Source of the DNA: Candidatus Pacebacteria bacterium CG2_30_36_39
Lineage (GTDB): Bacteria > Patescibacteriota > Microgenomatia > UBA1400 > PJMF01
Direction of reading: 5' to 3'
DNA length: 64,000 nt
Assembly: GCA_001873435.1 (NCBI GenBank)
Contig: MNZB01000004.1
Span: 158,980-222,979 of the forward strand
Shown here: positions 50,847-57,895 of the stretch, one piece after another
Numbering within the stretch: the first letter of the stretch is position 1
How the letters are laid out: each line of letters begins with the position of its first letter
The notes under the pieces: generated by a model
Told to the model about the DNA's origin: nothing
What the model saw: the letters and a program-made list of their open reading frames with translations, nothing else
Databases searched by the model: none
Translations under genes and position numbers: made by a program

Positions 50847-51115
50847 GAATCAGCCTGATTGGTTGTTGAAGTCAAATTTTTCTGCTCGTAATCCTCTATT
50901 TCTGTTAAGAATTTTTCTAATTTGGGTAAATTTTCTGCATAAAACTGCCCTGCTTGATCAACTTCCATAGCTAAGAACTGACCTAAAGTATCAATATCTT
51001 GTTCAGTCATTTGTGGAATTTTATAAACCAATTCTGGTTTTTTGCTCTCATCCAGTTGGATGCTTTGACGAATCAATACTTCTAGAGCTGCTTTTTTTTC
51101 TTCTAAACTAGGCAT
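50843..51115 (-). CDS. Hypothetical small acidic protein
   Basis: 90 aa ORF overlapping the end of the upstream gene. Confidence 0.65.
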   Translation of the reverse strand: MPSLEEKKAALEVLIRQSIQLDESKKPELVYKIPQMTEQDIDTLGQFLAMEVDQAGQFYAENLPKLEKFLTEIEDYEQKNLTSTTNQADS

Positions 51116-51668
51116 TACTTACTCCTATTGCTGGCGTACGAAACATACTGGCAGCTTTTTGTACTTCTGTTGACTTGACTGTTGCCTGATGAGCTCTCCA
51201 GATTTCTGTAGCTCTTTTAACCCCGGCTTTCATTCTTGGAAAATCTTTTACGAACTGCATTGTAGTTTCAATGGCGTGAGTTGGTAGTGCTCCACCAGTA
51301 AATAACTCCAATACTTCGCTGCCCCATGCCCAAGCTTTACTAACATCAGGTGTTAAGTCAAAAGAAGTAAGCTTTGCTAGATCTGCTCCGATTGATACTA
51401 CTTCACCAATTCCTGGTACTAAATCGACTACTGAAATACCAATGTTTAGGACTGTCCTAGCAAATGCTATTAGAGCAATTTTTACTTTTTCGTCTTGCAA
51501 CATTTTTCCAAGTAGAAAATTACTTTCTTGCTTGGACTGAAACATTTCTCCGATGCGGCCAGCGACATCTTTTAAGCCAGACTTAACGTACTCTGGTATT
51601 TTGCCGAAGCGCTCTGATCGCCATTCTGAGTTGTTGTTTGGTTTCTTTTCTTGTTTTTGCTCTACCAT
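51108..51668 (-). CDS. Hypothetical protein with a hydrophobic hairpin
   Basis: VDLVPGIGEVVS motif; 186 aa. Confidence 0.7.
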   Translation of the reverse strand: MVEQKQEKKPNNNSEWRSERFGKIPEYVKSGLKDVAGRIGEMFQSKQESNFLLGKMLQDEKVKIALIAFARTVLNIGISVVDLVPGIGEVVSIGADLAKLTSFDLTPDVSKAWAWGSEVLELFTGGALPTHAIETTMQFVKDFPRMKAGVKRATEIWRAHQATVKSTEVQKAASMFRTPAIGVSNA

Positions 51669-51842
51669 ACTTCATTAGTATATAGTGAAAAGCGTGCTAA
51701 AAAAACTTCTAGAAAAAATATTCATAGGTTCTAAAAAACAATCAAATTCTTCCGAGTTAATTAAAAAAATCAAAACTTTTAGTAAAAGGCTCTATGTTCT
51801 AGAAGATGAGTTTTTTGCTAAAAATGAAAATAAACAAGGATA

Positions 51843-53492
51843 ATGCCAGAGACAGCATCAACTGATCAGCTGACTGAGTGGAGAGAAAAACTAGAGCTTA
51901 AAAAGATAGATGTTTTGCGGCTCAAGCAAGAAGCTGCTTCTTTAGATCAGGAAAAAAGTCTTAGGGCAAAAAGAGTTTTAGATCAATATTGGAATGTTAA
52001 AGAAGGTAAATCTTCAGAGGATGCAGAATCAAAAGATTTAGTTGCTCTTTTTGAATCACTACCGCCTGAGCTTCAAGAGCAGGTTCTAGAAAATCTTATC
52101 AGTATCCAATTAACCTGGGGATGTAATGGTCTATGTCCATTCTGTGCCTATGAACCAGATAAGGGTGTTAAAGCAAAATTTTCTTTTGAGTCTCTTAAGG
52201 CGTTTTTAGCTAAGTATGGAGAAAGATTGAAAAAAGCCAAAGAAAGTAGTTCTGGCTCTATTCCTCACTATTGGGATAGTGATCCATTTGATTATCTGGA
52301 TCAAGGCCATGATTATTTAGATTTTTATCTTGAATGGAGAAAATATTTTCCCAATGAACCTATTTTTATTAGCACAGCTGTTCCAAAGGGTTCGACCGAT
52401 GCTTTCAAAAGATTTATTATTTATGTCTGGAATCACTATTATAAAGAAAATCAAATGGTTCAAGTTCGTGTTTCTGTTTCCAAAGCTAATATCCAAAGAA
52501 TTGAAGCTGTTTTTGAAGAAATTAAACAAGAGATGGGATGGCCAATTAATAAGGATATCGAAGAAATACTTAGTCCTTTCTTGAGTTTTTCTCCAAGAAT
52601 TGAAGATGATGAAATTGATGATCTAGGACCAAGAATTAATAAACATGATGATTTTGCTAGTTCAAATTCACCCTCATGTTCTGATGGAGTTGTTTTGACT
52701 CCGTTACAAATTAAGGCTATTACGATGACTGCTGCCAATGTCTATGAGCCTTCTGGTGAAAAAACAATGATAATTAATCAAGATACTCCAGTTAATATGA
52801 TTCCTAGTTACACTAGTAAGGCGTATTTTAATGGTTTTAGTTCTAATACAGATTTGGTTTTAAGAACTGAGATGCGTCAGGCATTTTTGCCAATGGTGAT
52901 AAATTCTGATGGTAGAGAAATTATTTTGCCTGATAAATATGAAAATACTATTTATAGACTTGGTAGATGGAGTTTTTCTTTGGATTTAGTGTTAATTGAT
53001 ATTGCTAACTTAATTAATCCCAATTCTCCAGCATATGAAAATACTACTAGAGAAAAAGAAGAGTATCAGGTATTGGCTTTACAAGCTGCCAATATTCATT
53101 TGGATGAAATAAAGGATGATCTTAAAAAAGCAGAAGAGTTATTTAATAGCGGCTTACTTACTCCGGAGCAAATGAGTAAACTTGAGTTTTATTATATGCT
53201 TACCTATTTGCGTGTTATGCAAATTTCGCTAGTAACTAATACTGCTAGCGGTTTTTTTGTGAGTGCAGAAGAAATATCTCTTCAAGCAAATATTCTTAAA
53301 GAAATAAATAAGAAGAATATTGATCAAATCGAGGAAATAATAGAGCTTTTAAGGGTTAGTGTTGATTTAAAGGCGACTGCGGAGAATAAGAAAATTTCAA
53401 TTGAGTTGTTAGTTAAAACTCTTGGTTTTACTGAAGATAAAAAGCCAAGGTGGCTGGGTATATTGCAAAGAAGGGCTGGGGTAATTAGTTAG
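51843..53492 (+). CDS. Divergent radical SAM-like protein
   Basis: IQLTWGCNGLCPFC matches CxxxCxxC; remainder unrecognised; AAGGA SD. Confidence 0.7.
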   Translation: MPETASTDQLTEWREKLELKKIDVLRLKQEAASLDQEKSLRAKRVLDQYWNVKEGKSSEDAESKDLVALFESLPPELQEQVLENLISIQLTWGCNGLCPFCAYEPDKGVKAKFSFESLKAFLAKYGERLKKAKESSSGSIPHYWDSDPFDYLDQGHDYLDFYLEWRKYFPNEPIFISTAVPKGSTDAFKRFIIYVWNHYYKENQMVQVRVSVSKANIQRIEAVFEEIKQEMGWPINKDIEEILSPFLSFSPRIEDDEIDDLGPRINKHDDFASSNSPSCSDGVVLTPLQIKAITMTAANVYEPSGEKTMIINQDTPVNMIPSYTSKAYFNGFSSNTDLVLRTEMRQAFLPMVINSDGREIILPDKYENTIYRLGRWSFSLDLVLIDIANLINPNSPAYENTTREKEEYQVLALQAANIHLDEIKDDLKKAEELFNSGLLTPEQMSKLEFYYMLTYLRVMQISLVTNTASGFFVSAEEISLQANILKEINKKNIDQIEEIIELLRVSVDLKATAENKKISIELLVKTLGFTEDKKPRWLGILQRRAGVIS

Positions 53493-53853
53493 AAAATTGT
53501 TCGACTGCTGCAATAACGTCTTCTAGTTTGGCAGTTCCCTTTACAAAATATCCTTTTGCGCCAAGTGCTGCAGTTTTTTCACGATCTTCGTAGGAGTCAA
53601 CTGCGGTAACCACTAGGACTGGAACGTCTTTTGTTTCTATGTTTTCTCTTAGTTCTTTTAAGACTTGAAAGCCATCTTTTTCTGGCATTAATAAATCTAA
53701 TATTATTACTGCTGGTTGGTTGTTTTTTGCTGAATCTAAAACTTGATTGCCATTTTTAAAGTATTCTACTTCGAAACCGGCTAGTTCAAATTTTTTCTTT
53801 GATAGCTTGCTTAAAAATAAATCGTCTTCTACTAAAAATATGACTTTTTTCAT
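53485..53853 (-). CDS. Stand-alone response regulator receiver domain
   Basis: LVEDD, LDLLMP..DG, T, YFVK. Confidence 0.92.
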   Translation of the reverse strand: MKKVIFLVEDDLFLSKLSKKKFELAGFEVEYFKNGNQVLDSAKNNQPAVIILDLLMPEKDGFQVLKELRENIETKDVPVLVVTAVDSYEDREKTAALGAKGYFVKGTAKLEDVIAAVEQFSN

Positions 53854-53854
53854 T

Positions 53855-54223
53855 TTATGAAATTGCCTTTTTTAAATATTCAATGATTTCTGATAATTGT
53901 GTTTCTGATTTTACAAAATATTTTTTTACTCCCAAGGCAGCTACTCTCTGTTTGTCTTCCTCAGAGTTCAGGGCGCTAACTATTATTATCAAAACTTTTC
54001 CAGCCGAAATTTCTTCTTTTAATTCTTCCAAAACCTGAAAACCATTTTTTTTGGGCATTACTAAATCAAGTACTATTACTGCAGGGTTTTCTTTTTTTAC
54101 CTGACTTGCTACTTCTAAGCCATCATCAAAAAATTGAACGTTTAGTCCTGCTAATTCAAATTTTTTCCTTGATAGTTTACCCAAAAATAGGTCGTCTTCT
54201 ACTAAAAATATTTTTTTATTCAT
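53855..54223 (-). CDS. Stand-alone response regulator receiver domain
   Basis: LVEDD, LDLVMP..NG, S, YFVK. Confidence 0.92.
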   Translation of the reverse strand: MNKKIFLVEDDLFLGKLSRKKFELAGLNVQFFDDGLEVASQVKKENPAVIVLDLVMPKKNGFQVLEELKEEISAGKVLIIIVSALNSEEDKQRVAALGVKKYFVKSETQLSEIIEYLKKAIS

Positions 54224-54686
54224 ATAGTTTTATCTCCGTAAATAGTGATTTGTTCTCAACTAAATATGGGCTTGTGAGGTCTAGGGCGCGCAACCAGCTT
54301 AGCTTAATTTTGTATACAGCATAGTCGTGTCCAGAAATTTGCAATACTGGTGGCCAAAAATCCTCGTGGGTTGCAGATGATTCAACTATTTTGTCTAAGG
54401 CTGTATTTAGTTCTGCTGGATCATTAATTTTTGAAATTGAGCCATTGGCCTGAACTAGCATTTGTTTATGTTCCCAAACTGAAATGCTTATTTGATTGTT
54501 TTCTTCAATTGCCTTGGCTTTATAGCTTGAAGATAGAGTTGCAAAGTACATTGTGAAATCTTCATCGATAGCAAATAATAAGATTGTTGATAGAGGTTTG
54601 TTGTTTTGATGACAAAAGGCTGCCGACATGATGGAAGTCTTTTTCATGAATTCGTACACCTCTTGTACTGAGTATGTTTTAACCAT
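54216..54686 (-). CDS. Pyridoxamine 5'-phosphate oxidase-like split-barrel protein
   Basis: YFAT..SSYK...IEEN..IS pattern. Confidence 0.7.
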   Translation of the reverse strand: MVKTYSVQEVYEFMKKTSIMSAAFCHQNNKPLSTILLFAIDEDFTMYFATLSSSYKAKAIEENNQISISVWEHKQMLVQANGSISKINDPAELNTALDKIVESSATHEDFWPPVLQISGHDYAVYKIKLSWLRALDLTSPYLVENKSLFTEIKLYE

Positions 54687-54737
54687 GAATCAATAGTAGC
54701 GGAAAAGTAATTAAATAGCAAAAAAATTAATATATAT

Positions 54738-56321
54738 TTATTCCTCGTAAAAAGAGGAGTAAATAGTATCAGTTCCATAGCTCAAATCATTTGAATAAAG
54801 TCTGTAATGAGAATTATTTGGCTTAACTTTGAACTCTCCAATTAAAATAGTTTTTTTATCATTAGTTTTAATAAAAGATTTATTTAAATATTCACCAGAT
54901 GATTTTATGAGACTTGCATATGTGTAAGCCCTGCTGTGCACACATATTAATTCTCCATTCCAAATACATGGTCTTGCTTGGTCGCATATTTCAACAACAA
55001 ATAAACTATCTTTGTTTATTTTTAAGTTTTCTATTTTTTCCAAACCATATATGTAAGTATTTATATCGTCATCATTGTAAAAAATATATCTAACTTCATT
55101 TCTATTTATTTCATTCGCAATAAATGATACTGATGATTTTAAATCACCATAACCATCTTTTGCTTTTATTTTCCCATAATAAAAGCCTGCGTGAAAAATG
55201 ATAAACAAAATAACAATAAAAAATATTTTTTTGTATTTTTCAAACAAATAAACCAATAAAAAGGATGGAAAAATATATAAAGTACTCAAGTAATAGTCAA
55301 GCTTGTCTCCCTTGTAAAATCTTAAAACAATTAAAAGTAAGAAAAAGTATATTCCAAGATAAAGGTGAAGTATGTTATTTTTTCTCGATCCAATAGATTT
55401 TATAAAAAGAGTAATACCGCCAATAAAAAATATTAACCTACCAAAATATAAAAAGTAAAAATTCGTGCCAGTTAACACTCTCTCAAAAAAAGACGGGAAA
55501 AAAGTCAGTAAATAGTCTGGTTTTGATACACGATCATAATATCTACTGTGCTCACCAGTAAAATAATTAATAATTTGATTTGTGTTATTCCAACTATTCT
55601 CTATTTCTATCAAAATATATGGAAATAAAGTTAATAAAGACAACAAAATACCAATAACCCAATACTTCCTTGAGCTAATATTTTTCCAAAAACTCCAAAC
55701 TAAAATCATTAATGCAAATGGAATAATTATCACAGCTTGATAATGAAAATGAACAGAAATAGCTACAGACAAAAGACCTACAATTGGTTCCCAACCAATA
55801 ATGCCCTTATTACTAGTTAAAACCTTAATTATTCTTACCCAGGAATACAAAGCCAACGTTGAAAAAAATGGAATAGTATTAGGATTCCATGCAAATGAAC
55901 CAAATATTGTTGGAATAGGCATTAAACCATACAAAAAAGCCACAACCCAACGTTGATTAATAAAACCCAACTCACTAAAAAGCAAAACTAAAAATATTGG
56001 AGTTGCCGATTCGATAAATATAACAAAAAACTTCATTACAAATGGATTATTTGCTGATAAAAAAGAAAGTACTAGATGAACTTGGTAATATAATGGAGGT
56101 AAATAAAAATCTCCAACACTAGCTTTTGGTCCATATCCAACAAGCCAGTCATTTTTATTTATTTTTGATTCCATTAAAATTAAATCTCTTGCGCCATCTT
56201 GTCCAAATGAATTTGAATAAAATCCATACCAAAGCCTAAAAGATAAAATTAATATAAATAATAAAAATAATTTTTTGCAAAAAGAAAGATTGTTTATAAA
56301 ATTAAAAATTTTATTTGGCAT
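54738..56321 (-). CDS. ArnT/PMT-like (GT-C) membrane glycosyltransferase
   Basis: DGARD, GPKAS...YLPPLYY, WNPN, many TM helices; very AT-rich. Confidence 0.75.
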   Translation of the reverse strand: MPNKIFNFINNLSFCKKLFLLFILILSFRLWYGFYSNSFGQDGARDLILMESKINKNDWLVGYGPKASVGDFYLPPLYYQVHLVLSFLSANNPFVMKFFVIFIESATPIFLVLLFSELGFINQRWVVAFLYGLMPIPTIFGSFAWNPNTIPFFSTLALYSWVRIIKVLTSNKGIIGWEPIVGLLSVAISVHFHYQAVIIIPFALMILVWSFWKNISSRKYWVIGILLSLLTLFPYILIEIENSWNNTNQIINYFTGEHSRYYDRVSKPDYLLTFFPSFFERVLTGTNFYFLYFGRLIFFIGGITLFIKSIGSRKNNILHLYLGIYFFLLLIVLRFYKGDKLDYYLSTLYIFPSFLLVYLFEKYKKIFFIVILFIIFHAGFYYGKIKAKDGYGDLKSSVSFIANEINRNEVRYIFYNDDDINTYIYGLEKIENLKINKDSLFVVEICDQARPCIWNGELICVHSRAYTYASLIKSSGEYLNKSFIKTNDKKTILIGEFKVKPNNSHYRLYSNDLSYGTDTIYSSFYEE

Positions 56322-56374
56322 TAAAAGTTATGTTTGTTAATATAACGACTATTAACTTTTATAACAATTATCAT

Positions 56375-56402
56375 AAAAAAAGACCTATTTCTAGGTCTTT
56401 TT
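56375..56402 (-). terminator. Terminator after the minus-strand tRNA
   Basis: AAAAAAAGACCTA-tttc-TAGGTCTTTTT. Confidence 0.75.
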
Positions 56403-56410
56403 AAACATTG

Positions 56411-56479
56411 TTGCGGGACTAGGAGTCGAACCTAGCCTGCGAGATTATGAGCCTCACGTGCACCGTACACTATCCCGCG
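56411..56479 (-). tRNA. tRNA-Met(CAT), initiator-like (C1:A72), compact D-loop
   Basis: CGCGGGA acceptor, CTCATAA anticodon loop, CTAGG-TTCGACT-CCTAG T arm; CCA not encoded. Confidence 0.85.
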
Positions 56480-56579
56480 ATTTTTAAAGAAGAACCGTAT
56501 TATAAATCAATGTCCTCTGGAATGCAAAATCATAACTCGTCAAAAAAAACAGAACTTGGTATAATCCACCACTAGATAA

Positions 56580-56653
56580 GCCAGGGTAGCTCAGTTGGTT
56601 AGAGCATCGGATTCATAAACCGAAGGTCGTGAGTTCAACTCTCACCCCTGGTA
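56580..56653 (+). tRNA. tRNA with CAT anticodon, probably elongator Met (Ile2 not excluded)
   Basis: GCCAGGG/CCCTGGT acceptor, GCTC-AGTTGGTTA-GAGC D arm, TTCATAA loop, GTGAG-TTCAACT-CTCAC T arm. Confidence 0.92.
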
Positions 56654-56661
56654 CAAATCAT

Positions 56662-56690
56662 AAAAAGACCCGCAATTACGCGGGTCTTTT
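56662..56690. terminator. Bidirectional terminator shared by the tRNA and cassette C
   Basis: AAAAAGACCCGC-aattac-GCGGGTCTTTT. Confidence 0.88.
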
Positions 56691-56711
56691 CTTTAAAATT
56701 TGCCTTTGGAT

Positions 56712-57215
56712 TTATTTGCTACGATAATCATTCTCAGGAGAAACAGTGAAATACTGCTGCATCCTAGGATAGATCGTGTCGCAAACATAATCTCCTGGAT
56801 AGACCACTGGATTAGCAGAAAGAAGTGAAGTCCAATCATAGAGCTCAAGCCAATCATCAGTGATTGAAACCTGATTCTCCATATGAACAACTTCTATCAC
56901 TTGCCCAACAGGACCGCCCAATTCATGAGCAGAATTCCCTGCCAAATCACTGAGAGTACCAACAACTCCTTTATCCACCACAAAACCGCAGACATGCCAA
57001 TCAGTTGACAAATTATCTTCGTTAGAGAGACTCTCAACATATCGAGAGACATCACTAGTGGGGGTAGGAGGAGGAGCCTCAGTTACAATGGGGACAATCA
57101 CTACTTCCGTAGCTATCACAGGAACAGGTGGAGGTTCAGTTGCAATAGCGCCACAACCAGAACTCACCACCAAACCCAAAAAACAGAAAAACAAAATTAC
57201 ATGGTAACGCTTCAT
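56712..57215 (-). CDS. Putative lipoprotein with Pro/Thr linker and possible LysM-like domain (cassette C)
   Basis: SSG-C lipobox-like site, ATEPPP...PPPTPT linker, VVDKG..GTLSDLA and ANPVVYPGD; AGGAGGTGA SD. Confidence 0.7.
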   Translation of the reverse strand: MKRYHVILFFCFLGLVVSSGCGAIATEPPPVPVIATEVVIVPIVTEAPPPTPTSDVSRYVESLSNEDNLSTDWHVCGFVVDKGVVGTLSDLAGNSAHELGGPVGQVIEVVHMENQVSITDDWLELYDWTSLLSANPVVYPGDYVCDTIYPRMQQYFTVSPENDYRSK

Positions 57216-57373
57216 ACGTCACCTCCTATTAGAATTTCTGGTTTCTGGTTTTCCAAAGTTATCTTAAAGTGCGATCTATCTCTCCCTACCCGGGAGACGG
57301 CAACCGTCTTTAAGGCTCAGGAGAAACTTTTCACCAGACCCTCCATTGTAACTAAAAACAACCAAAAAGTCAA
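57216..57373 (-). promoter_or_regulatory. Promoter and structured leader of cassette C
   Basis: TTGACT-17 nt-TACAAT (57345-57373); hairpin AGACGG-TTG-CCGTCT; GCACTTTAAG boxA-like motif; 57252-57269 complementary to 56691-56710. Confidence 0.75.
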
Positions 57374-57415
57374 TATTATAGGATATAAATATGATTAAAA
57401 ACCCCTAGAAACAAC

Positions 57416-57442
57416 AAATCCCGCTCTTGCGAACGGGATTTT
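57416..57442 (-). terminator. Intrinsic terminator of cassette D
   Basis: ATCCCGTTC-GCAA-GAGCGGGAT followed by TTGTTGTTT. Confidence 0.75.
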
Positions 57443-57454
57443 ATGTAATTATCT

Positions 57455-57661
57455 CTATGGCCTCCTGTCCGTGCCCCAAATACCCATAAAACAAAAGATC
57501 TTCATGGGATATTCCTCGTCCAGGCAAGCCTGGTTGAGTTCGGTGCGAGGATCTGAACTTGTGGAAGGGCTACTGCTATTTGAACAAGCAGGAAGCACAA
57601 ACAACGAGAGCAGGAGAACAATAACAAGGAGCAGTTGTGCTCCACGACTCATCTTAGTCAT
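57455..57661 (-). CDS. Small putative lipoprotein (cassette D)
   Basis: Canonical LPA-C lipobox after a hydrophobic core, Ser-rich linker; flanked by promoter and terminator. Confidence 0.7.
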   Translation of the reverse strand: MTKMSRGAQLLLVIVLLLSLFVLPACSNSSSPSTSSDPRTELNQACLDEEYPMKIFCFMGIWGTDRRP

Positions 57662-57809
57662 GAGTTTTACTAAGCCTCTACTTTCTTGAGATAAGTTAAT
57701 GCGCGAGTACCTGAAAAGTTCATCTTATTGGACAACCGCGTCGGCCATCCAAGAAAACTAGACAACTACTCACATCAAGTAATATAGCACAATAACTAAT
57801 AATTTGCAA
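57662..57809 (-). promoter_or_regulatory. Promoter and structured leader of cassette D
   Basis: TTGCAA-17 nt-TATATT (57781-57809); hairpin 57728-57752 inside a GTGAGTA/TACTCGC stem; GCGCATTAAC; 57688-57698 complementary to 57446-57455. Confidence 0.65.
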
Positions 57810-57840
57810 TACTATAGGATAATAAATATTAAAATAAACA

Positions 57841-57876
57841 AAAAAAGACCTCACTCCAGAAATGAAATGAGGTCTC
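57841..57876 (-). terminator. Intrinsic terminator of groL
   Basis: Minus strand AGACCTCA...TGAGGTCTTTTTT. Confidence 0.75.
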
Positions 57877-57895
57877 TCAAAATTACTTTCAAAAA

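Noticed and set aside
51674-51700. Possible fourth CIRCE (GCGTGCTAA)
   Set aside because: The other arm is poor and the spacing is off by one.
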